From Thermofilaceae archaeon (GTDB lineage: Archaea > Thermoproteota > Thermoprotei > Thermofilales > Thermofilaceae), in the NCBI GenBank assembly GCA_027027675.1, contig JALVKT010000092.1, positions 4,854 to 68,853 on the forward strand: DNA of 64,000 nt, given 5' to 3'. The notes beneath the pieces are model-generated. The model had not been told where the DNA came from. It was given only the letters and a program-made list of their open reading frames with translations, and made no database searches. Within the stretch, counting starts at the first letter, position 1, and each line of letters starts with the position of its first letter. The translations under genes were made by a program, and so were the position numbers. Positions 53,681 to 62,347 of the stretch are shown piece after piece.

Positions 53681-54255
53681 ACTTCTTCACCTCCTCATAC
53701 GCCTTCTTAACAGCCTCTATGTTGAGCTTCACGATCTCCTCTCCCCTTTCACCGAACTTCTCCCTTATGGATTCCAGCACGTTGTCGAGCTTTATGCGCC
53801 CCCAGACCTTTGTAAACGCGCCGAGCATAGGCGTATTGTAGAAGGGTCTGCCGAAGATGTCCATCGCTATCTTGTACGCGTCGACAACCCATATCTCCGC
53901 GCCCAGTTTCTTCGCCCTCTCCACGATCTCGCTGTTAGGCGTCTTAGCGTTAAGCACTATGAGGCCGCCCTCCTTGAGCCCCTGCATCACATAGTCCACC
54001 TCGCTCTGAAGCGTCGGGTCTATCACGATGACAGCGTCAGGCGTGTAGATTCCGTAGTGCTGCTCGATGGGCTCATCGCTTATCCTCGTATAGGCCCTTA
54101 CCGGTGCCCCACGCCGCTCAGGGCCGAACTCCGGTGCATGGTACACGTAGAGACCCTCTTTTAGTGCTGAGAGAGCCAGTAACTCGCTAGACGTGACCAC
54201 ACCCTGTCCTCCGCGTCCGTGCCAGCGGACTTCATATAGCAACCTTGTCACCCAC
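53670..54255 (-). CDS. 2-oxoacid:ferredoxin oxidoreductase gamma subunit
   Basis: The YEVRWHGRGGQGVVT motif sits near the N-terminus. GTG 54255 is preferred to the track ATG at 54329, which adds about 25 unconserved residues. Confidence 0.8.
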
Positions 54256-54389
54256 TTCTTCGTCGTCAAGGTAGTATGCCCAAAGACTATATTCAAGTTT
54301 TGGGCGTAGCCCGTTGAGAGGAATAACAATGGTTATTCTGTTAATACCGGCTACATGTACCAATAGTTTATCTTTATCCTACTGTTAGA

Positions 54390-54914
54390 ATGTATGGTGA
54401 TCATGCGATGAGCGACTTCGACATATGGCTGAAACGAGTCATGAAAATGTTCGAGGAAATGGACAAAATGTTCGAGGAGGCACTGAGGGAGCCGACGTTC
54501 ATCGAGGGTGAGAAGAAGATCTACGGCCCCTACTATTACGGCTTCTCAGTCACCATAGGGCCAGACGGCGTCCCGAGGATAAAGGAATGGGGAAACATCA
54601 GGCCAGGCCCCGTTAAGCCAGTCATAAAGGACAGCATTGAGCCCTTCACGGACGTCTTCGACGAGGGAGACTACTACAGGGTCATAATTGACATGCCGGG
54701 GGTCGACAAGAAGGACATACACGTAGAGGCCACAGAGGATAGACTCATAGTGTCAACGACGGGGGAGCGGAAATACTACAAGGAGGTACACTTCAAAGAG
54801 AAGGTAAACCCGGAGTCCGCTAAGGCGCAGTACCGCAACGGCGTACTAACAATAACTATTGAGAAGAAGGAAAAAGGGAAGAAGAGAAAGGGCGTTCAGA
54901 TAAAGATAGAGTAA
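54390..54914 (+). CDS. small heat-shock protein, Hsp20 family (second copy)
   Basis: DEGDYYRVIIDMPGVDKKDIHVEATEDRLIVS...AKAQYRNGVLTITIEKK. Confidence 0.8.
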   Translation: MYGDHAMSDFDIWLKRVMKMFEEMDKMFEEALREPTFIEGEKKIYGPYYYGFSVTIGPDGVPRIKEWGNIRPGPVKPVIKDSIEPFTDVFDEGDYYRVIIDMPGVDKKDIHVEATEDRLIVSTTGERKYYKEVHFKEKVNPESAKAQYRNGVLTITIEKKEKGKKRKGVQIKIE

Positions 54915-54933
54915 ACGCCGCAGGATTTTTTCT

Positions 54934-56205
54934 CTACGCAAACACTTTTTCTTCTCCAAGCGAAGGAATTATGGCCTCTCTGCCCCTTTCACGGGCAGCC
55001 TTTGCAAGCTTAAGCTCAGGTTCCTCTCTGCCATGAACAATCACGATCTTCGCGTTCTTCTTTGTAGCCTCTATGGCCTCTAGCAACTGAGTCTTCCCGG
55101 AGTGCGCGCTGAAATCAAACCACTCTATACGTGCATTCACGACGCCCTTCTTTGTGGGGGAGGAGAATATCCCGGTCTCTATAACTTTTCTGCCAGGCGT
55201 CTCGGGTATAAGGTAGCTTACAAAGAAGACGCCGTTTTCAGGCCGCTCCATGATCTTCTCCATGTAGTACACGGAGGGCCCGCCCTTCAGCATGCCTGCA
55301 GGGGACACTATAACAGCGTTTTCCTCAACTATTCTCTTCCTCATGTTCCAGTTTCTAACCTTGATGGCCATATCCATCGCGTCCCTAAACAACTCCGGGT
55401 CTCTCAGAAGCTCTCCCTCCTCCTTTATTATCTCGCTAGCAGTTTTAGCCATCCCGTCAAGGTACACTGGAAAGTCGAAGTTGTGCTTGGCGAGCACGCA
55501 GAGAATCTCCTGAGCCCTCCCAACAGCAAACGATGGTATAAGGACGGTGCCCCCGCTTTCAAGCACCTCGTAGAGTTTTGAAACAAAGTTTTCCTCGTTC
55601 TCGTCGCGTGGGGGATGGTCGTACTCGGCGTAGGTAGACTCCATTATAACAATGTCTGCATCCCTTAGGGGTGAGAGATCCGCTCCGTTAAGCAGGCACG
55701 ACCGCTCGCCGTTAAAGTCGCCGGTATATACAATCTTCCACGAGCCATCTTCAACAGAGATTATAGCGCTGCCCGGAATATGTCCCGCGTCGTAAAACTT
55801 CACTTCAACGCCGGAGACGCTGTATGTGGAGCCGTACTCCTGGAGGTTCAAGTGCTCCATCATGCTTTCAAGCTCCGAAGACTCGTAGGGCACATAGTAC
55901 TTTGAGAGCTTCAAGAAGTCCCTTATCAAGAGCTCACTCAAAGTGGCCGTCAAGGCTGTCGAAAGCAGAGGTGGACCGGCTGAGACGTAGAGCAGTGGGA
56001 TTGCACCACTATGGTCAAGGTGAGCATGTGAGAGCGCCACCGCGTCCAGTATTCGAGGCTTTACGTGAAGAGGGAACCCCGGCTCCTCCTCTGAAAGGCT
56101 CACGCCGTAGTCTAGGAGAATGTTAGTATCGCTCATGCTCACCAATATTCCAGCCCTTCCCACCTCTTTCGCAGCGCCCAGCAGCTTCAACTTTACATTG
56201 CTCAT
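54934..56205 (-). CDS. beta-CASP metallo-beta-lactamase RNase (aCPSF2-like, no KH domains)
   Basis: LSHAHLDHSGAIP, DAGHIPGSA, ESTYA and the C-terminal SAHSG/VHGE beta-CASP motifs. Size is 423 aa. Confidence 0.7.
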   Translation of the reverse strand: MSNVKLKLLGAAKEVGRAGILVSMSDTNILLDYGVSLSEEEPGFPLHVKPRILDAVALSHAHLDHSGAIPLLYVSAGPPLLSTALTATLSELLIRDFLKLSKYYVPYESSELESMMEHLNLQEYGSTYSVSGVEVKFYDAGHIPGSAIISVEDGSWKIVYTGDFNGERSCLLNGADLSPLRDADIVIMESTYAEYDHPPRDENEENFVSKLYEVLESGGTVLIPSFAVGRAQEILCVLAKHNFDFPVYLDGMAKTASEIIKEEGELLRDPELFRDAMDMAIKVRNWNMRKRIVEENAVIVSPAGMLKGGPSVYYMEKIMERPENGVFFVSYLIPETPGRKVIETGIFSSPTKKGVVNARIEWFDFSAHSGKTQLLEAIEATKKNAKIVIVHGREEPELKLAKAARERGREAIIPSLGEEKVFA

Positions 56206-56279
56206 TATACAGACCTAGATTAGGGAGATACTGTTTCTCTATATAAAACACCCCGTTGCATATCAACCCGGTGCATATA

Positions 56280-57164
56280 ATGGAGCTCTACGAGGAGCTT
56301 GCGGGAAAGCTTCAAGGGTCTTTTGAAACGGATTTTTCTTCTCATGACTGGTTCGGAACGCCATTCCAGGTATTCATAGCTGGGGAAGAAACCCCCGAAG
56401 CTCTAATGCTCTCAGGGGGCTTCCGCGGCGACTGTAGAGCCGCGGCAAGGGCTATAGTGAGGGTTGCCGGGGAAATAGAGGTTTCAAAGAGAGCATACCT
56501 TGCACCTTCATTTGACCCTACAGGGCTCAACGGGCTAGGCTATGTTCTAGAAAAAATTGGCGGAGACAAAGTCGCTAGCATGGCTGGTATCGAGGATGTA
56601 AAAATGATAGTCTCTGGCAACCTTCTCGTCATGTTTCCCGAGGAACACAGTAGCATAGACGAGCTTTCCCGCAGAATCGAAGAGCGCCCCTTCCTAGAGA
56701 AATACGAAGGTTTCAACGTTATAGTAGCCTCAGGCCCCGAGGAAGAAGCTCCCGCCAGGTCTATGCACGTAGAAAACGCGCGTCTCTTACCTCTTGATAC
56801 TTGGAGCGAATTTACGCCAGGCCACGTGGGAGAAGTTTTCTCCTATATAAAGGCGCGTAGCCCTAAGATCTACATAGAACTCGGATGCCTCCGCAAGGCA
56901 GGAGTCTCCGTTTTTACCTCTCAAGAAACCAGTGCGGCATTAAACGAGCTGTTAGAGCTAGCAATTATCCAGCTAGAGGACACCTCAACGCTGCCCGTTG
57001 AAAAGCGCGTCGTCGACGAAGAAACAACTTTCCACGGTCTCCTCGAGGACTCGGGAGTCTACGTGGTATGGATAAGAGCGGGCGGTGAAGAAGAAAAAGT
57101 CGTGGATGCACTAGCAACGGCGGCCTTGTCGATAGTTAACAGTTATGCCTTCCTCTCTATCTAA
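56280..57164 (+). CDS. acidic hypothetical protein
   Basis: Long ORF with codon usage like its neighbours and no recognisable motif. ATG 56280 lies about 30 nt downstream of a CTATATAAAA box, whereas the track uses TTG 56256. Confidence 0.4.
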   Translation: MELYEELAGKLQGSFETDFSSHDWFGTPFQVFIAGEETPEALMLSGGFRGDCRAAARAIVRVAGEIEVSKRAYLAPSFDPTGLNGLGYVLEKIGGDKVASMAGIEDVKMIVSGNLLVMFPEEHSSIDELSRRIEERPFLEKYEGFNVIVASGPEEEAPARSMHVENARLLPLDTWSEFTPGHVGEVFSYIKARSPKIYIELGCLRKAGVSVFTSQETSAALNELLELAIIQLEDTSTLPVEKRVVDEETTFHGLLEDSGVYVVWIRAGGEEEKVVDALATAALSIVNSYAFLSI

Positions 57165-57196
57165 AAAATTAAATAGAGCCCGAGGCCTCTTCAGGG

Positions 57197-57256
57197 AGGA
57201 TGATGAAAAAGGGACGATGAACCGTGAATGGTGATCGCGCGAGCAGCCACTGACGT
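57197..57256 (+). ncRNA. candidate C/D-box sRNA
   Basis: Intergenic. C box AUGAUGA at 57200-57206, D'-like AUGA at 57217-57220, C'-like GUGAUCG at 57231-57237, an exactly 12-nt spacer, then D box CUGA at 57250-57253. The C-to-D span of 54 nt is typical of archaeal sRNAs. Confidence 0.35.
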
Positions 57257-57273
57257 GATTAAGGTGTAACAGC

Positions 57274-57426
57274 ATGACCGTGTGGAGACTTAAATGCGAG
57301 AAATGCGGTACGATAAGGGAGGTAGATCTCGGATTCAATCTAAATGAGTTTGAAAAAATATACATCTACTGTAGCACATGTGGCCAAAATACTTTCCACA
57401 AAGTTTTGGGTCCCCAGGAAAGCTAA
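57274..57426 (+). CDS. 50-aa zinc-ribbon microprotein, hypothetical
   Basis: Hand-translated MTVWRLKCEKCGTIREVDLGFNLNEFEKIYIYCSTCGQNTFHKVLGPQES. It has CxxC...CxxC spacing typical of a zinc ribbon. It is below the track cutoff. The antisense 84-aa track ORF looks non-coding. Confidence 0.4.
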   Translation: MTVWRLKCEKCGTIREVDLGFNLNEFEKIYIYCSTCGQNTFHKVLGPQES

Positions 57427-57507
57427 TACATCGAGTTATTGCACCACGGATAATTCTCTCCACTCAGTCGTTAAAGCCCTTAGTACGCAATTAGACGTCC
57501 TGTTGGT

Positions 57508-57603
57508 TGGCGGCCCCGCCGGGATTCGAACCCGGGACCTGCGGCTTAGAAGGCCTTAGCGCCCCTAGAGGGGGTGCCGCCATGTCCACTAGGCCACGGG
57601 GCC
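57508..57603 (-). tRNA. tRNA-Arg(UCU) with a 20-nt intron in the anticodon stem, CCA encoded
   Basis: The reverse complement folds as GGCCCCG-UG-GCCU-AGUGGACA-UGGC-G-GC[ACCCCCUCUAGGGGCGCUAA]GGC-CUUCUAA-GCCGC-AGGUC-CCGGG-UUCGAAU-CCCGG-CGGGGCC-G-CCA. The mature length is 76 nt. Confidence 0.8.
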
Positions 57604-57626
57604 GCTGTTACATTTACAAGGCTCGT

Positions 57627-57634
57627 CTTTAAAT
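57627..57634 (-). promoter_or_regulatory. TATA box for tRNA-Arg
   Basis: Minus-strand ATTTAAAG lies 24-31 nt upstream of tRNA position 1. Confidence 0.3.
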
Positions 57635-57662
57635 CCTTTAGCGGAGTCCATGCATAGGCGGC

Positions 57663-58211
57663 ATGTGGCGGATAGTCTTCACTACTAGCAGGCACCCAAC
57701 GCCTCCCGTTAGGAGGCTTGCAAGAGAACTCTCCCGTCTAGTATATGGCGGGTACAGGGTGAATAGGGGCGGCTTAAGCGAGGAGGAACTCTGTGTTTTA
57801 GCTAGAGAGCACGGAGCTGAACGCGTGGTAATTGTAGGGAGAGGGCGGGGAGGGAATCCTGGGAGAATAGTTTTTCTAGAATGCGGAGAGCGCTCCCCTA
57901 TAAGGCTCCCCTTTGTGATAGGCCTTAGAGGAGTAATTTTTCTTGGTAGAGCGGAGAGGAGTAAAGACGTGACGCCTATTTACAGCCTAGGCGGCTGCGG
58001 ATACTTCTGTGAAGAGCTCTCAATGGCGTTCAATATACCATATCTCGGCGAGTACGGAGAAGAAGTTAAAGGTAGGGTTATGCTCGTAGAGTATATTGGA
58101 AAAAGGCTTCTAGCGGTCATAAAGTTTGTTGAAGAGGGCCGAGAGATAGGTGTAAAGCTCCTGGTAAACAAGGCTGCGGTCGTGCGGTGGCAGAAAGATG
58201 GCAGTATTTAA
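57663..58211 (+). CDS. Brix-domain (IMP4-like) ribosome biogenesis protein
   Basis: The VFTTSRHPTPPVRRLARELSR N-terminus is typical of archaeal Brix proteins. Size is 182 aa. Confidence 0.6.
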   Translation: MWRIVFTTSRHPTPPVRRLARELSRLVYGGYRVNRGGLSEEELCVLAREHGAERVVIVGRGRGGNPGRIVFLECGERSPIRLPFVIGLRGVIFLGRAERSKDVTPIYSLGGCGYFCEELSMAFNIPYLGEYGEEVKGRVMLVEYIGKRLLAVIKFVEEGREIGVKLLVNKAAVVRWQKDGSI

Positions 58212-58455
58212 GGCTGTGATAAAAGTAAACGTTGGGGAAGACGCGGCCGTTCTCTACAAGGCTTTGTATCCAGAAGAGAATTCTCCTCCTTCCCATCGTT
58301 CAAGGATGAGCGTTGTAATGGCGGGTGGAGAGGAGGTTCGTGTTACTGTTATTAGCTCTGACCTTGCAAGTTTTAGGGCGGCGCTCAACAGCGTGTTCAG
58401 GCTGCTGGGTGCTGTGGAGTCTGTAAAGAGTGTAATATACGAGAGGCATATATAG
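58198..58455 (+). CDS. pcc1: KEOPS subunit Pcc1-like protein
   Basis: 85 aa with a beta-beta-beta-alpha pattern ending DLASFRAALNSVFRLLGAVESV, like Pcc1/CTAG. A 14-nt overlap couples it to the Brix gene. Confidence 0.5.
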   Translation: MAVFKAVIKVNVGEDAAVLYKALYPEENSPPSHRSRMSVVMAGGEEVRVTVISSDLASFRAALNSVFRLLGAVESVKSVIYERHI

Positions 58456-58534
58456 TTTCGACTGTAGTCGTTACTGATTTTCTATTGCTAGATACTCTTA
58501 TATACAATTCAATTTTCTAAAATTTAGAGCTCTC

Positions 58535-59566
58535 ATGGCGGGGACAACTCTTCCAACAAGAAGAATGACATGTTACGATTGCCCCTACTATCTACGTAGT
58601 AGGAGTTACTGTCTTAAATTAAAACAGGTGGTCCCCGACCCCAATAACCCTCTCTGCCAGACACTTCAACAGCCGGCTATGTCGAATCCGGGCACAGGGG
58701 CCCCCATAGCATCAGCGGCATCGCCACAGGCTAACGTTGCCGTCCCAGCCCAGGCTGTAACTTATGCCCAGCAGTACGGTGTGCCCAGGGAAGCCACCGG
58801 CTATAGTCCGTTCAAAGTATATGCGCCAACTGGTGTGCCCAAACTCGACGAGATACTTGGCGGCGGCTTTCTCAGAGGAAAAACCTACCTAGTGGCTGGT
58901 GAAGCCGGATGCGGAAAGACAATTCTCTCCTTACAGTTTCTCCTCCACGGGGCATCTCTCGGAGAGCCTGGAGTATACATAGCCATAGACGAGCCTACAA
59001 GCCAGCTTCTCCGGGGCCTCAGAATGTTCGGCTGGGACGTAAGGCCGCTCATAGCCGAGAGAAAGCTCCTATTCCTCGACATGAGGACGCACTTTAGCAA
59101 GATCTACTTGAGGGATGAGCGCCGCAAGATAGAGCCAAAGTATGTTATAGAGAGCATATTAAACGCTGCGAAGAAGATCAGGGCGAAGAGGCTAGTAATA
59201 GACCCCATAGCGCCCCTGGTTTACGGCGGGAAAGAGGAAGACGTGCTATACGCCAGAGAGTTTCTGAGGGAGATGGTTTTCGCTATCGAAAAGACCGGCG
59301 AGCTTACAACAATAATGACTAGCGAGATACCCACTGGAAGCACAAAGCTAAGCCGCTTCGGAGTAGAAGAGTTCCTAGCTTCAGGAATAATAGTGCTGAG
59401 CATAGAGGAAATTGACGGGGAGATCGAGCGCGTAATGTACATCAGGAAGGCGAGATGGGCGCCAGTAAAGCCCAGCAAGTACATCTTCGAGATAAAGACC
59501 GGGGAAGGTATAATAATAAGGGAGTCTCTCAGCGAGTACCTGAGGCGTATAAGAGCTAGGCGGTAG
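58535..59566 (+). CDS. KaiC/RadA-like single-domain ATPase with N-terminal 4-Cys segment and P/A-rich linker
   Basis: GVPKLDEILGGGFLRGKTYLVAGEAGCGKT (Walker A) and RLVIDPI (Walker B). The N-terminus has CYDCPYYLRSRSYC...PLC. Confidence 0.7.
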   Translation: MAGTTLPTRRMTCYDCPYYLRSRSYCLKLKQVVPDPNNPLCQTLQQPAMSNPGTGAPIASAASPQANVAVPAQAVTYAQQYGVPREATGYSPFKVYAPTGVPKLDEILGGGFLRGKTYLVAGEAGCGKTILSLQFLLHGASLGEPGVYIAIDEPTSQLLRGLRMFGWDVRPLIAERKLLFLDMRTHFSKIYLRDERRKIEPKYVIESILNAAKKIRAKRLVIDPIAPLVYGGKEEDVLYAREFLREMVFAIEKTGELTTIMTSEIPTGSTKLSRFGVEEFLASGIIVLSIEEIDGEIERVMYIRKARWAPVKPSKYIFEIKTGEGIIIRESLSEYLRRIRARR

Positions 59567-59630
59567 ACGTCCCGAGAAGGGGCGCCGGGAAAGTAATAAT
59601 TATCTATTATTCCCAACTTTTACACCGTCC

Positions 59631-60500
59631 ATGTCACATACATCCGAGGAAAACGCTCCCTCAAGGGTATGGGTAAAAGTAAGGGCAGGCGATTCCTACA
59701 CTATAAAGTGGGGCAAAGAGATAGTCCGCTTCCTGGAAAACCGGGGAGTAGAGGTCTACGTGGATCCTCTCCTCGGCTACTCCGTTAACGCTAAGGTGCT
59801 CCCTGAAACAAGGCTTGAGAGCCTAGATATGGCCATAATAGTAGGGGGTGACGGAACACTCCTGAGAACAGTGCAAAAGAGCAAAGGAGTAATACCGCCG
59901 ATCCTCGGCTTCTCGGCTAAAAGCCTCGGATTCTTCTTCGAACACAACGTGGAGAACTTTAGAGGCGTCCTAGAAAAGGTGTTAAGAGGCGCATATAAGA
60001 TCTATAACGTCTCCCTAGGCGGCTTCGCCGCGGGAAATGTGAGAGGAGTTTTCCTAAACGAAGTCTCTCTCTGGGCTGAGAACGGCAAAGTTATAGAGTA
60101 TGAACTCGAAGTCGAAGGAGAAAAAATATACCATGCGCGGAGCGACGGAATAATAATCAATACTCCTGCAGGCAGCACGGGGCACGCTCTCTCCTATAAC
60201 AGTCCAATATTCTTCTGCTGGGAAAGACGGCTCCTAAGCTTTATACCCGTAGGTGCCCTCTCACCGCTGATAAAGCCTATAGTAGTCGCTGAGACACCCA
60301 TAAAAATACGCCTTCTCACATGGCCTGCACTGCTGATAGCCGATGGACAGCGAAGACTAGAGCTAAAAAGCGGCTCGGTGATAACGGCAACGCCTGGAGC
60401 CGCGACGCTAGGCCTTGTATACACAGAAGGCCCGTTAATAACGCCGGAAAAAATACGGGAGCGGCTCTTCGACAGAGGATTCTCAACGATAGGAGGCTAG
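59631..60500 (+). CDS. nadK: NAD kinase
   Basis: GGDGTLLR motif, NEVSL, and TPAGSTGHALS (a variant of the TPTGSTAY motif). Confidence 0.85.
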   Translation: MSHTSEENAPSRVWVKVRAGDSYTIKWGKEIVRFLENRGVEVYVDPLLGYSVNAKVLPETRLESLDMAIIVGGDGTLLRTVQKSKGVIPPILGFSAKSLGFFFEHNVENFRGVLEKVLRGAYKIYNVSLGGFAAGNVRGVFLNEVSLWAENGKVIEYELEVEGEKIYHARSDGIIINTPAGSTGHALSYNSPIFFCWERRLLSFIPVGALSPLIKPIVVAETPIKIRLLTWPALLIADGQRRLELKSGSVITATPGAATLGLVYTEGPLITPEKIRERLFDRGFSTIGG

Positions 60501-61102
60501 TCCTCACTAATAGCTAGTTCCAGCGCCCTGCTAAAGTTATGCGTGGGCTCCAGCCTATTCTCATCCCTGAGAAGCCCCTTCTCAACTAGCTTCTCAACGG
60601 TTTCCTCAACACTTATCCCCCAGTACACTGATAAAAGGGCGACCAGGCGTTTAGCAGGGGTCGTAGCCGGCAATCTAACCAGCCTGGCATAGGCCCTTGA
60701 AAGCCCCCCGATAATCTCCCTGAGAGTATCTGTGTCCGCGTTAGTCTCTATATATCCTCCTTTCAGCAGTCTCGCCTCAAACCCCTTAAGCTTTAAGAGC
60801 TCCACCACAACCTGTGGCGACACAGGCGTTTTCGACTCCGAGATAGAGAGTAAAGTAGAGAAATCGTATCTCCTAAGGCCTGGCGTATACGTGCCCCTAA
60901 CGGTGGAGTAGAGAGCCTGGATCCTCCTAACTATCTCCTTGTACCTGTCGCCTCTAGCGTAGACGTATATCTTCACCTTGTTCATCTTGAGCTCCCCAGC
61001 TATCTCGGAGCCTATTGTAGCCTCTAGGGTCTCCAGAAACTTTACCGCGTCGCTGGGGCTCCTAAACACCAGTGTTATGGGGTTGCGGCGCATCAGAATC
61101 AC
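60497..61102 (-). CDS. conserved hypothetical protein downstream of csl4
   Basis: 201-aa ORF coupled to csl4 by a 4-nt overlap. No motif recognised. Confidence 0.4.
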   Translation of the reverse strand: MILMRRNPITLVFRSPSDAVKFLETLEATIGSEIAGELKMNKVKIYVYARGDRYKEIVRRIQALYSTVRGTYTPGLRRYDFSTLLSISESKTPVSPQVVVELLKLKGFEARLLKGGYIETNADTDTLREIIGGLSRAYARLVRLPATTPAKRLVALLSVYWGISVEETVEKLVEKGLLRDENRLEPTHNFSRALELAISED

Positions 61103-61686
61103 TTAACCAAATAGTATATGCTGGCCTTCTTCCTAACCCTGCTTCCACAGTAGGGGCACACCAGATAATTCCCCTTCTTGCGAAGAATGGACATGCAGTG
61201 CGGGCACCTCGCCAAAACGACGCCATACTCGCGGCCCCGAGTAGACAGCACGTAGGGCGGCCCGCCCTCTTCGGAGACATAGGCTCGTAATACATCCCCG
61301 TAAGAATACACGTTAAATATGTTCCTTACAGGGTCAGAGCTAATATTAGAGGCCGGGAGAATTCCGGAGTAGGGCCTCAGCAGAAGTATCCCATGGGGAA
61401 CCCCCTTCTCTCCTCCCTTCTCTATAAGCATTATCTTCACAAAGGCTATCGTCTCCCTAACACCGTCAAGGTAACCGTAAACCACGTCTCCCTTAGAGAG
61501 GAGCCGCGGCTCCTTCACAGGGTCAACCTCCACCACGTGCTTAACATTGTCCCTCAGCAACAGCCCGATAATCTTAGACCTTAACACGCTGTTCTCGGCA
61601 TCTACATAGACGTTCTTCCCGGCGAGGTACTCCTCAATGACGCCCACGGGCTCTCCGGGCACCACTGTGTTCCCTTCTTCTCCCAT
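61099..61686 (-). CDS. csl4: exosome RNA-binding subunit Csl4
   Basis: N-terminal VVPGEPVGVIEEYLAG, a central S1-like barrel and the C-terminal zinc ribbon CPHC...CPYCG. Confidence 0.75.
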   Translation of the reverse strand: MGEEGNTVVPGEPVGVIEEYLAGKNVYVDAENSVLRSKIIGLLLRDNVKHVVEVDPVKEPRLLSKGDVVYGYLDGVRETIAFVKIMLIEKGGEKGVPHGILLLRPYSGILPASNISSDPVRNIFNVYSYGDVLRAYVSEEGGPPYVLSTRGREYGVVLARCPHCMSILRKKGNYLVCPYCGSRVRKKASIYYLVK

Positions 61687-61687
61687 A

Positions 61688-62347
61688 CTAAACTCCCTTG
61701 CACACTATTCTGAGGGCCACTATATCAACGCAGTGCATACGGCGGGTATGAAAGAAGAAGACTGGCGGAATACATATCTTATCAACAAGTATTGTCTCGA
61801 CACTGCTACAGCCAAGCTCTAAAGCCTTTTTAGAAACAAACCTTAGCGTCGGCAGCTTATGTATAGAGTAGACGACGCGTCCCAGAGCAGCGGCCACGCT
61901 CAGGAACCTCACATCAGCACCCCTACTATGAACGCCAAAAGGAGGATTTTCCAATACAGTGTCAAACCTTTTCGCCCTTAAAGGTAGATATTCTACGTCA
62001 CACGTCAAGCACCCAGCCCTCTCTCCCATTCCAGCCTCGCCAGCCCGCCTACAAGCCGCCTTAAGAGCCTCCCCGTCAACGTCTACGAGCAAAGCCTCCG
62101 AAGCCCCCAGGTACAGCGCCCCAAGCCCCAACCTGCCAGTGCCCGCGCCCAAATCAACTATGGCCCGGTCTACAATGTCTCCATACCTGGTCTCCGCGAT
62201 CCATAGAAGACGGGCTGCCAATGTAGAAGGCGTCGCATACTGCTCCAGCTTTACCTGGGGCCTCTCAAACGGGGGGATAGACTGTATAAAAAGCTCCAGC
62301 TCCTTCAGCTTTACGCCCCGCATCCAATTACCGCTAACGCCCGCCAA
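61688..62347 (-). CDS. SAM-dependent methyltransferase (METTL5/COG2263-like)
   Basis: The SAM motif is VDLGAGTGRLG and the catalytic motif is NPPFG. The adjacency to csl4 is conserved. Confidence 0.65.
   Translation of the reverse strand: MAGVSGNWMRGVKLKELELFIQSIPPFERPQVKLEQYATPSTLAARLLWIAETRYGDIVDRAIVDLGAGTGRLGLGALYLGASEALLVDVDGEALKAACRRAGEAGMGERAGCLTCDVEYLPLRAKRFDTVLENPPFGVHSRGADVRFLSVAAALGRVVYSIHKLPTLRFVSKKALELGCSSVETILVDKICIPPVFFFHTRRMHCVDIVALRIVCKGV

Noticed and set aside
53508-54164. 218-aa ORF on the plus strand
   Set aside because: It is entirely antisense to the well-supported gamma and delta subunit genes of the 2-oxoacid:ferredoxin oxidoreductase. Its His/Arg/Leu-rich translation has no motifs. 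It is a typical shadow ORF.
57111-57365. 84-aa minus-strand ORF
   Set aside because: Its translation is Ser/Leu/His/Phe-rich and looks non-protein-like. It overlaps the 3' end of the upstream gene, the candidate C/D sRNA and the better-supported plus-strand zinc-ribbon ORF.
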